From NCBI GenBank assembly GCA_964480725.1, contig CAYZQO010000020.1:3401-67400 (forward strand): a stretch of 64,000 bases of DNA, given 5' to 3'. A model generated the notes under the pieces. That model was not told the origin of the DNA. It worked only from the letters and a program-made list of their open reading frames with translations, and made no database searches. The translations under genes were made by a program, and so were the position numbers. Within the stretch, counting starts at the first letter, position 1; every line of letters starts with the position of its first letter. The DNA comes from an uncultured Polyangiaceae bacterium (lineage in GTDB: Bacteria; Myxococcota_A; Polyangia; Polyangiales; Polyangiaceae). Shown here piece after piece: positions 56,142-64,000 of this stretch.

Positions 56142-57140
56142 ATGTTCAGATCGGCGCCGGGGACCGCACCGCTGTGGCTCCACGCCGTGGGGGCGACGGA
56201 GACGGGTCGCGTGCGCACGGCGAACGAGGATCGCCTCGCGATCCGGGAAGACCTGCAGCTCTTCCTGGTGGCCGACGGCGCCGGCGGGCACGCAGCGGGG
56301 GACGTCGCGGCGTCGATCGCGGTAGCGTCCATCGCCAATTTCTTGGAGGCGACCGCGGCCGAACAGGTGGCGCTGCCCGAGGTCGACCGCGCGGGGATCC
56401 CGAAGGCCGCGCGGTGGCTGGCGCGCGCCGTGCACAAGGCGAACCGCGACGTGCACGAGATCGCGAGTGCCCGGGCGGCGGCGACCGGAATGGGTTCCAC
56501 CGTGGTCGCGGCGCTGTTCGTGCCCCGCACGGGCCAGCTCCAGGTGGCGAACGTGGGCGATAGCCGCTGCTACCGGAGCCGCGCCGGCGTGTGTGAGCAA
56601 TTGACGCGGGATCACTCCCTGTACCGCGACGTGCTCGAGGAGCACCCGGAGGTGGACGAACAAGTACTGGCGAGGCTGCCGCGCAACGTCGTCACCCGCG
56701 CGCTGGGGATGGCGCCGACCACGCGCGTCGCGATCGGCACCCACGACGTCGCCAGCGGCGACCGGTACCTCCTGTGCAGCGATGGGCTGTCCACCTACGT
56801 CCCGCCAGCGCTCATCGCGTCTATCCTCGCCGAGCCGCGCCCCACCGGAGCCACCGTGCAGCTCTTGCTCAACGCCGCGGACGACGCGGGCGCCCCCGAC
56901 AACGTCACCGTCATCGTCATCGAGTGCCCCGAGGCGGACCCGGAGTCGGGGCGCCGCCGCGAGGCGCGCAACGCCATCGAGCAGCGGGCGGCAAAGGAAC
57001 GGGCGCGAGACACGGCGGCCCCCGAGATCCTCCTGGTCGGGATCGAGGATCTGGACCTCGCCGAGGTGGTCGCGAGCCTCGCTCAACCCGGCTCGGAGCC
57101 GCCGGGAGGCTCGGGCGGACCGCGGGGGTCGGAGCCATGA
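56142..57140 (+). CDS. PP2C-family Ser/Thr protein phosphatase
   Basis: TGRVRTANEDR, LFLVADGAGGH, GSTVVAA, VANVGDSRCY, LLCSDGL and DNVTVIVIE are present. Confidence 0.85.
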   Translation: MFRSAPGTAPLWLHAVGATETGRVRTANEDRLAIREDLQLFLVADGAGGHAAGDVAASIAVASIANFLEATAAEQVALPEVDRAGIPKAARWLARAVHKANRDVHEIASARAAATGMGSTVVAALFVPRTGQLQVANVGDSRCYRSRAGVCEQLTRDHSLYRDVLEEHPEVDEQVLARLPRNVVTRALGMAPTTRVAIGTHDVASGDRYLLCSDGLSTYVPPALIASILAEPRPTGATVQLLLNAADDAGAPDNVTVIVIECPEADPESGRRREARNAIEQRAAKERARDTAAPEILLVGIEDLDLAEVVASLAQPGSEPPGGSGGPRGSEP

Positions 57141-58276
57141 CGCCGCTCGACCTCGAGCCGCTCGTGCCCGAGCGGCGGTTCCCGGGAGCGCCGCCCGTCG
57201 CCGCCAGCGTCGGCCCCGAGCCCGAGGACTTCGTCGTCGAGGAGTTGCCGGCCTTCGCCCCCTCGGGGTCGGGAGAGCACTGGCTCGTGCGGGTACGGAA
57301 GCGCGACCTGACGACGGCCGCCCTGGTCCACGAGATCGCGAAGGCCGCCGGGGTCGCCGAGCGCGACCTCGGCACCGCGGGGATGAAGGATCGGCACGCG
57401 GTGACGACCCAGTGGCTCACGGTCCCGGCACGCGGCCGCCCCCCGGAGTCCTGGGCGCTTCCCCCGAGCATCACCGTCATCGACGCCGCGCGGCACGACG
57501 CCAAGCTCCGGACGGGACACCTCGCGGGGAACCGCTTCACCCTCACTCTGGTCGGCGCTGCGCCCGATGCGCTCTCCCGCGCGCGCGAGCGGCTCGACCG
57601 GCTCGCCGCCGGCGGGTTGCCGAACTACTTCGGGGCCCAGCGCTTCGGCCGCCAGGGCAGTAACCTCGCGGAGGCGGCGAGTTGGCTCGCGGCCGGCGCC
57701 CCGGCGCGCGGCCGGCAGACGCGCATGCTGCGCAAGCTCTTCCCGAGCGTCGTCCAGTCGGAGATCTTCAACCGGTACCTCGCGCGACGAGACTCCCTCG
57801 GGCTCGACCGCGTCCTCGCCGGGGAGGTCGTGCGGCTCGAGGGGCGCCGCGCGGTCTTCCTGGTCGAGGATGCGGCGGCAGAGCAGCCCCGCCTCGCGGC
57901 GCGGGAGATCCACCTGACCGGGCCCATGCTGGGTCCCAAGATGCGAGCCGCCGCTGGGGTTCCGCGCGAGCTGGAGGCCACCGTCGTCGCGGAGCTCGCG
58001 CTCGGTGAGGCGACCCTCACGACGCTCGGACGACTGGCGGACGGGACGCGACGGGATCTACTCCTGTGGCCAGCCGAGCTCGCCGTCGAGGCCGCGCCCG
58101 GGGCACGCCTCGTCGTGAGGTTCTCGCTGCCGCCGGGCGGCTACGCGACGCAGGTGCTGCGCGAGCTGGTGGCGACGCCCTGGGGCGAACGCGGTGCGGC
58201 GGCCGCGACGACGTCGGGCTCCGACCACGGCGACGGGGGCGGCGACGACGCGGACGACGGCGACGCGCCGGCCTAG
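57137..58276 (+). CDS. truD: tRNA pseudouridine(13) synthase
   Basis: The start has an ATGA overlap with the PP2C stop. EDFVVEE, GTAGMKDRHAVTTQW (catalytic Asp), NRF.LTL and GLPNYFGAQRFG are present. Confidence 0.85.
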   Translation: MTPLDLEPLVPERRFPGAPPVAASVGPEPEDFVVEELPAFAPSGSGEHWLVRVRKRDLTTAALVHEIAKAAGVAERDLGTAGMKDRHAVTTQWLTVPARGRPPESWALPPSITVIDAARHDAKLRTGHLAGNRFTLTLVGAAPDALSRARERLDRLAAGGLPNYFGAQRFGRQGSNLAEAASWLAAGAPARGRQTRMLRKLFPSVVQSEIFNRYLARRDSLGLDRVLAGEVVRLEGRRAVFLVEDAAAEQPRLAAREIHLTGPMLGPKMRAAAGVPRELEATVVAELALGEATLTTLGRLADGTRRDLLLWPAELAVEAAPGARLVVRFSLPPGGYATQVLRELVATPWGERGAAAATTSGSDHGDGGGDDADDGDAPA

Positions 58277-58404
58277 AACACCGAACAGGTTGCCGACAGC
58301 GACGGAGGCCCGGAAAATGCCTCCGTGCAGGGCGAGGAGACATTTTCCAGGCCTCCTTCGCCGAAGTCTGCTCCCAATTCGGCGTTCCAGCTCGTTGATC
58401 TGTC

Positions 58405-58427
58405 GCAGCAATCAACCTGATTGCTGC
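58405..58427. terminator. Perfect 10-bp stem / 3-nt loop hairpin between convergent genes
   Basis: GCAGCAATCA acc TGATTGCTGC. There is no U-tract on either strand. Confidence 0.4.
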
Positions 58428-58445
58428 TCTAGGCGCGCCCGCACC

Positions 58446-59393
58446 TCACCGCTCGCGGCGCGCGACCGCGCGGAAGAAGCGCGCGTCGAGCGCGGGGAGC
58501 ACGGCCTCCACCTGGCGCTCGATCGCGGCGACCTTGCGGCGGATCACCGGATCGGTGGCGGCGAGCGCGGCGACGTCCCCGGGCGCCGTCATCAGGAACG
58601 AGAAGACCTCGGCCTTGTCCTCCTCCAGCCCCGCCGTCGCGTAGCGGGACACGAACCCGGGCAGCCCCCGGGTGAGCCGCGAGCTGCCCGGTTCCCGCAT
58701 CGCGCGCCCACCGACGCCGTACACGAAATAGCGATCGTTCATCGCCTCCCACGCGGGGTCGACCAGCACCTGATCGTCGTCGGAGAAGTCGATGAAGTGA
58801 AAGAGCTCGTGGTGCAGCAGTCGCCGGAGGAACTCCGGCGGGGAGCCGACGTCGAGCAGCAGGGTCTGCTGGTAGTTCGGCAGCGAGGGGATGCTGGCGC
58901 CCCCCTCTGCCAGCTCGGCGCAGAGCAGCAAGCGCCGGAGGCGCGCACCCGCGAGCGCGCCCGCCGGGAAGCGACCGAGCTCGTGAGCGACCACCGTGGC
59001 CGCCTCGGCTGCCGCCGCCGCGGACGGCGGGCGGCCGGTCACCGGGCCGTGGTAGAGGTCGAGCGAGAAGCTCCGCTCGGGCAAGAGCAGCTTCAATCCT
59101 TGGGCGTGCTCCACCGCGGCCGCCGCTCGCACCAGCGCGGCCTCGGCGACCCCGGTGGACTCGAACCCAGCCGGCCCGCCGCGGCCGGGCCGCGCCCCCG
59201 CCAAGGACGGCCCGGGGGCGCGCGCGGCCGGCACCGCCACGGCGACCCAGCCTCGCTCGCCGAGGTCCCGCTCGACGAGGGACTCCGCGTAACGCTCGAT
59301 AGCGTCGGCGTGGGCGCGCGGGTCGGCGAGCTCGTGCGCGAAGAAGCTCACGATCGCCACGACGAGCGCGGCGCCGAGGATCGTCACCGGCAT
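58446..59393 (-). CDS. Membrane-anchored putative zinc metallopeptidase (HExxH)
   Basis: The start is ATG 59393 (MPVTILGAALVVAIVSFFA, an N-terminal TM helix). RRLLHHELFHFIDF contains an HExxH motif. Confidence 0.55.
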   Translation of the reverse strand: MPVTILGAALVVAIVSFFAHELADPRAHADAIERYAESLVERDLGERGWVAVAVPAARAPGPSLAGARPGRGGPAGFESTGVAEAALVRAAAAVEHAQGLKLLLPERSFSLDLYHGPVTGRPPSAAAAAEAATVVAHELGRFPAGALAGARLRRLLLCAELAEGGASIPSLPNYQQTLLLDVGSPPEFLRRLLHHELFHFIDFSDDDQVLVDPAWEAMNDRYFVYGVGGRAMREPGSSRLTRGLPGFVSRYATAGLEEDKAEVFSFLMTAPGDVAALAATDPVIRRKVAAIERQVEAVLPALDARFFRAVARRER

Positions 59394-59574
59394 GAACCCC
59401 ACTGGGTGGCGCCCGAGCCGGCGGCGAGGGAGCACGGTCCGCTCACGCACGAGCAGGGTTCTAGCGCGGGGCGGTCGGACCGCCCACCGAGCCGCGACCG
59501 GAGTACGGGCAGTGCACACCCGAGCTGGACGCGCGTCGCCGCCCCGACCTTGGCTCCGCCCCCTTGCTACCCGG

Positions 59575-60492
59575 TCAACGGGTGGGGATGCGACCGTTGA
59601 CGCCGAAGCCGATCTCGAAGCCCTCGACCTCGAACGGGTGCGGTTCCATGTGGTCCGGACGGTTGGGCCCCGGATCGGGCCGCTCGCGGCCGGGTTCGAG
59701 GAACTCGGGCCAGATGAACCAGGCGGAGAGATCGATGTTGCCGCGCCCGAGCACGACGCCGCCATGGACGCCAAGCGGGATGACCACGCTGAGATCGTCG
59801 TGTCGATCGTGGTCGTCGATGAGATCGCTCACGTACATCCCGGTGCGCGGCCCCAGGAACCCGTGCGCACCGAGATCCCAGGTGAACGCGGCGGGAACGT
59901 CGAGCGCCGCCACGGTGTTCCGGTCCCAAAAGAGCATCTCGAGCTCGAACCCCGTGTCGATGCGGAGGCTCCTGCCGACGTGGGCGAGCATCGGCAGCCC
60001 GAGGCCGAGGCCCCAGTCGTTGTAGGCGGGAAACTGCACGGTCGCCTGGAACGCCATTTCGAACGGCCCGTCGAGGAACCGAAAGCGCCCGTAGGCCTCG
60101 AGATCGTCGATGTCCGCCTCCGGGCCGAGCTTGATCGGGAGCACGAGCCCACCGACCTCGATGTCGTCGGTGATGCCCCCCGCAAAGCCGACGCCGAGCC
60201 ACGCCGCCACGTCACCGTCGGGCGGCGGCACCTGGAGCCGGAAGCCGCGGTTCTCGTTCAGCCACTGCGGGGACCCGGGGTGGAAGTAGCCGAAATCGGG
60301 GGCGCCGCCGTCGACGCGCAGCGTGCCGCGCCCGAGGGTGAGGGACCGGACGGAGTAGGCCCCGATCTGATCCGCCCGGGCGGTGACCACCCCGGCGAGG
60401 GTCGCCGCCACGACGGCGGCGGCCACGGCGCTGCGATGGAGCCGAGGTACGAGGGTGCAGGACCGAGAGGTGGAGTGTCGGTGGTTGCTCAC
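59575..60492 (-). CDS. Hypothetical secreted beta-rich protein
   Basis: GTG 60492 gives the signal peptide ..SAVAAAVVAATLAGVVTARA. The sequence is beta-strand-like with alternating Gly/aromatic residues. I recognised no named motif. Confidence 0.5.
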   Translation of the reverse strand: MSNHRHSTSRSCTLVPRLHRSAVAAAVVAATLAGVVTARADQIGAYSVRSLTLGRGTLRVDGGAPDFGYFHPGSPQWLNENRGFRLQVPPPDGDVAAWLGVGFAGGITDDIEVGGLVLPIKLGPEADIDDLEAYGRFRFLDGPFEMAFQATVQFPAYNDWGLGLGLPMLAHVGRSLRIDTGFELEMLFWDRNTVAALDVPAAFTWDLGAHGFLGPRTGMYVSDLIDDHDRHDDLSVVIPLGVHGGVVLGRGNIDLSAWFIWPEFLEPGRERPDPGPNRPDHMEPHPFEVEGFEIGFGVNGRIPTR

Positions 60493-60625
60493 GGGACTCG
60501 AATCTACCCGACTCGATCCCGGTCGGCGACCTCGGCTACAACGGTCGGCCGGACGGCGCGCCACCCGCGGGCGCCCGCGCCGCAAGCGAAGCGCGATCAC
60601 GCCGCGCAGCGGCCCCGCGCCTCGC

Positions 60626-61309
60626 TCAAGCGGGCAGCACGTAGTGGTGGGCGAGGAGCGCCGCGGTGAAGCTCGGCCGCAGGTAGAACCCGCGCGGCAG
60701 CGCCGCGAAGCTCGTCCCGTCGTGGTCCAGGGCGCGCCGGCGCGCTCGCCCGTGGGCAGCCTTGGGCCGCACCTGGAGATGCCGGCCGAGATGGCCCGTC
60801 ACCCGCTCGACGTCGCCGCGTCCGATGAGGCCGGCGAGCTCCTCCCAGTCGAAGCGCAGCGCCGCCTCCTCCTCGGGGCTCGGGCTCCAGAGCAGTGCAG
60901 CGCCGAGGCGCCGGGCGCCGACGGCGAGGGAGCGCGTCCCCTCGACGGGGACCCAGAGCACGCGCGCGAGCTTCCGTCGCACCAGGGAGCGCTCCCACTC
61001 GATCTGACCGATCGCGCCGCTGTCGATGGTGCACACGAAGGTCGACTCGCAGGGGCGGCCCCGCCCGTCGACCGGGATCGTCTTGAGCTCGACGCCCAGG
61101 TCAGGGAAGTCGGGCTCGGCACGCGAGCCCGCCGTCGCCCCGAGCGCGCGCTCGACGAGCTGTCCAGGAAAACCCTTCGCCCGCCGGAGATCGGACGGGA
61201 CAGCGACGCCGAGTTCGCCCGCGAGCTCGCCGAGGGTGAGCCCCGCCAGCCTCGCCGCCCGGGCGGCGAGGTCGGCCTCGCTCGTGGGTGCGGGGCGGCC
61301 GCTCGACAT
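60626..61309 (-). CDS. mutH: DNA mismatch repair endonuclease MutH
   Basis: The full length (227 aa) is collinear with E. coli MutH (229 aa). Matching blocks include LAGLTLGELA, KGFPGQLVERALGATAGS, PDFPDLGVELKTIPVD (catalytic D..E.K), ESTFVC, RRKLARVLWVPVEG, LLWSPS.EEE, DWEEL, LQVRPKAA and LPRGFYLR.SFT.ALL. Confidence 0.9.
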   Translation of the reverse strand: MSSGRPAPTSEADLAARAARLAGLTLGELAGELGVAVPSDLRRAKGFPGQLVERALGATAGSRAEPDFPDLGVELKTIPVDGRGRPCESTFVCTIDSGAIGQIEWERSLVRRKLARVLWVPVEGTRSLAVGARRLGAALLWSPSPEEEAALRFDWEELAGLIGRGDVERVTGHLGRHLQVRPKAAHGRARRRALDHDGTSFAALPRGFYLRPSFTAALLAHHYVLPA

Positions 61310-61381
61310 GCCCCGGATCTAGCCCAGCAGGCGGCGTGCCGGTTCCTTTCGCGACCCGCGACGATGCGCTAGGGAAGGTCC

Positions 61382-62968
61382 GTGCGTGATCCCCGCCTCG
61401 ATCGGGCCCAGCGGTGGCCGTCCGGGCCCCTGCTCCTGGCCCTCGCGGCCTGCTCGGGGCAGGAGCCGGCGGCACCCGCCGCGCCCGCGGCCACGGCGTC
61501 GGCGTCGCTCCCGGCCGCGAGCGCGGGCGCGCCCCGGGCGACGGCGCCGGTGGGCTCGGCGTCCGCAGCCCCCGCCGCCTCCGCGGCGCCCGCGGCCATC
61601 CCTCCCGACGGCCCGCGCGTGTACGTCAAGGCGCGCTTCGTCTGGATCCGGGAGGCGCCGGGGGACACGGGCTGGATCGGCTACCTGTGGACGGGCGGCT
61701 CGGTCCGCGTCCGCGACCTCGCGCCGCGCCACGGCCCGGGGTGCGAGCGCTGGGTCGCGATCGAGCCGCGCGGCTTCGTCTGCGTGGACGGCCACCGCGC
61801 GACGCTCGATCCCGACGACCCCATGCTCGCCGCGGTCGCGCCCTTCACTCCCGCGCTCGAGCGCGCCGCGCCGCACCGCTACGCCGAGTCCCGCGGCCTG
61901 CGCCGCTACGAGGCGCTGCCGACGCGCGAGGAGCAGCGCCGGCGCGAGTGGGACCTCGAGGCGCACCTCGCGCGCGTCGCGGACGCCCAACGCGGCGACC
62001 GGGTCGAGGCGCTGCGGGGCGTCGAGCTCACCCCCGCGACCGAGCCGCCGCCGCCGTTCCCCGCGCTCCACCCCACCGCGCACGAGCAGCACCGCGACCT
62101 CAAGCCGCTCTCGACCGTCGCCTACTCGCGCGAGGCGCTCCACGACGGCCGCAGCTTCCTCCTCACGGCCGATCTGATGTGGGTGCCGAAGGACCGGGTC
62201 GCACCGTACCCGGAGGTGACCTTTCGCGGCGTCGAGCTCGGCCGCGACGCGCGCCTGCCGCTCGCCTTCTTCCGCGGCGAAGACCGCCCCCAGCAGCGCC
62301 GCCTCCCGGGCGGCGGCTTCGAGCCCACGGGCGACAAGTGGCAGCGCCTATCTTTCGTCGAGCTCACCGGCGAGCGCGCCGAGCAGGAGGGCGTCACGTA
62401 CCTCGAGACGCGCGACCGTGGGTGGTGGGTCAAGGCCGACGACGCCGTGGTGCCGGTGCTCGCCCGCCGCACCCCGTGGGGCGCGCCGATGGACGGACCG
62501 GACACGACGGGCAAGGCCCCCGCCGGCCGCGCCACCTGGCTCGAGGCGAGCGTGATGGAGGGTTGGCTGGTCGCCTACGAGGGACAGCGCGCCGTCTACG
62601 CAACGATGATCTCACCCGGACGCGGCGGAGTGCCAGTGCGGGGCAAGGATCCGCTCGAAACCGCGTCGACCCCGGTGGGCACCTTCAGGATCACCGGCAA
62701 GTTCGCCACGGCGACCATGGTGGCCCCGCACCGGTTCATCCACAGTGACGTGCCCTGGACGCAGAACTTCAGCGGCCCGCATGCCCTGCACGGCGCCTAC
62801 TGGCACGACGACTGGGGCAACCGCATGAGCGCCGGCTGCGTCAACGTCTCCCCCGCTGACGGGCGCTGGCTCTTCGAGTTCACCGAGCCTCGCCTGCCCC
62901 CCGGCTGGCACGGCATGCGCTGGCAGCCGACGATCGAGCCCGCGACCGCGTTCGTGGTGCACCGGTAG
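61382..62968 (+). CDS. Lipoprotein with C-terminal L,D-transpeptidase (YkuD) domain
   Basis: The lipobox is LLLALAAC. The C-terminal HALHGAYWHDDWGNRMSAGCVNVSPADGRWLF carries the catalytic His and Ser-x-Gly-Cys motif. Confidence 0.8.
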   Translation: MRDPRLDRAQRWPSGPLLLALAACSGQEPAAPAAPAATASASLPAASAGAPRATAPVGSASAAPAASAAPAAIPPDGPRVYVKARFVWIREAPGDTGWIGYLWTGGSVRVRDLAPRHGPGCERWVAIEPRGFVCVDGHRATLDPDDPMLAAVAPFTPALERAAPHRYAESRGLRRYEALPTREEQRRREWDLEAHLARVADAQRGDRVEALRGVELTPATEPPPPFPALHPTAHEQHRDLKPLSTVAYSREALHDGRSFLLTADLMWVPKDRVAPYPEVTFRGVELGRDARLPLAFFRGEDRPQQRRLPGGGFEPTGDKWQRLSFVELTGERAEQEGVTYLETRDRGWWVKADDAVVPVLARRTPWGAPMDGPDTTGKAPAGRATWLEASVMEGWLVAYEGQRAVYATMISPGRGGVPVRGKDPLETASTPVGTFRITGKFATATMVAPHRFIHSDVPWTQNFSGPHALHGAYWHDDWGNRMSAGCVNVSPADGRWLFEFTEPRLPPGWHGMRWQPTIEPATAFVVHR

Positions 62969-63009
62969 CGCCGGGGCGGGCGCCGTCGCCCGCCCCGCGG
63001 CGCCCTCAC

Positions 63010-64000
63010 TCAGTTCTGGCCGCGCCCGCCGACACCCTTGGTGTCCGCGGCGATCGCCTTCGGCGCCTCCTTGGGGCGCAGGGAGCGCGTGGCCCTCCCG
63101 GCGAGCCAGAGCTCGGAATTCCCCATCTCGTGGAGCTCCTTCTGCAGCTCCGTCTGGTAGTCCGGCCCGCCCGTCGAGGCGAGCACCCGAGCCGTCTCCT
63201 TGCCGCTCGCGACGCGATCGTACAGCCAGTGGAACACCGGCAGCACCGCCGCCTTGAAGCGCGGTCGCCAGTCGAGCGCGCCACGCTGCGCCGTCGCCGA
63301 GCAGTTCGAGTACATCCAGTCCATGCCGTTCTCACCGACCAGACGGATGAGGCTCTCGGTGAGCTCCTCGACGGTCTCGTTGAAGGCCTCGCTCGGGCTG
63401 TGGCCGTTGGCGCGGAGCACCTCGTACTGCGCCTCCATGATCCCCGCGAGCGCGCCCATCAGGACCCCGCGCTCGCCGGTCAGGTCGCTGAAGACCTCCT
63501 GCTGGAAGGTGGTCGGGAAGAGGTAGCCGGAGCCGACCCCGATGCCGAGCGCGATGCACCGGTCGCGCGCCCTGCCCGTGGCGTCCTGCTCGACCGCGAA
63601 GCTCGAGTTGATCCCGGCGCCGGAGAGGAAATTACGCCGCACGTTGAGCCCGGAGCCCTTGGGCGCGACCAGGATCACGTCGACGCTGGGGGGCGGGATC
63701 ACGCCCGTTTGATCGCGGTACACGATCGAGAAGCCGTGGCTGAAGTAGAGCGCGTCGCCGGCCTTGAGCCGCGGCTCGATGACGGGCCAGATCGCCTTCT
63801 GCGCCGCGTCCGAGACCAGCATCTTCACGATGGTGCCGCGCTCGGCGGCCTCCTCGATCTCGAACAGGGTCTTGCCCGGCACCCAGCCGTCGGCGACCGC
63901 GCGGTCCCAGTCGCGCTGATAGCGCTTGGCCTGACCGACGATCACGTTGAACCCGTTGTCCCTGAGGTTGAGCCCCTGCGCCGGGCCCTGCACGCCATAG
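63010..64000 (-). CDS. ilvC: Ketol-acid reductoisomerase (5' end beyond the right edge)
   Basis: QGPAQGLNLRDNG, LAPKGSG..VRR, SGYLFPTTFQQEVFSDLTGERGVLMG and NETVEELT are present. The frame remains open to position 64000. Confidence 0.9.
   Translation of the reverse strand, partial: YGVQGPAQGLNLRDNGFNVIVGQAKRYQRDWDRAVADGWVPGKTLFEIEEAAERGTIVKMLVSDAAQKAIWPVIEPRLKAGDALYFSHGFSIVYRDQTGVIPPPSVDVILVAPKGSGLNVRRNFLSGAGINSSFAVEQDATGRARDRCIALGIGVGSGYLFPTTFQQEVFSDLTGERGVLMGALAGIMEAQYEVLRANGHSPSEAFNETVEELTESLIRLVGENGMDWMYSNCSATAQRGALDWRPRFKAAVLPVFHWLYDRVASGKETARVLASTGGPDYQTELQKELHEMGNSELWLAGRATRSLRPKEAPKAIAADTKGVGGRGQN

Overview
This is a 64-kb, roughly 70% GC, densely coding chromosomal segment. The gene content points to a Myxococcota (Polyangiia-like) genome: RCC1-repeat lipoproteins, myxococcus-type cysteine-rich repeats, a fibro-slime domain protein, a Ser/Thr kinase, a PP2C phosphatase, a SET-domain protein and many lipoproteins. 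I saw no rRNA, tRNA, CRISPR, transposase, integrase or phage genes. Recognisable core genes are udk, a BtuFCD-like ABC importer, topA, a split branched-chain amino-acid cluster (ilvB-ilvN-leuA-cimA-leuB, an inserted gene, marR-leuC-leuD, and ilvC at the right edge), a ClC channel, truD and mutH. The ORF track uses the longest ATG/GTG/TTG ORF in stop-poor DNA. Many listed ORFs are therefore antisense artefacts or are over-extended at the 5' end. I reset starts using signal peptides, conserved N-termini, SD sequences and stop/start overlaps. The most interesting observations are: (1) a cobalamin riboswitch (about 43753-43901) controlling a BtuB-like TonB receptor flanked by two uncharacterised lipoproteins; (2) a classical-looking Leu/Val/Ile leader-peptide attenuator upstream of ilvB; (3) a full-length MutH homologue in a non-gammaproteobacterial context; (4) a HAD-HAD-GH65 triple fusion that appears to have lost the GH65 catalytic barrel; (5) a perfect AT-rich palindrome in front of a marR-leuCD unit; (6) a same-strand SET / hybrid kinase / Ser-Thr kinase / membrane protein / 14-blade RCC1 array. 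All homology statements come from motif recognition by eye and memory; no searches were run.
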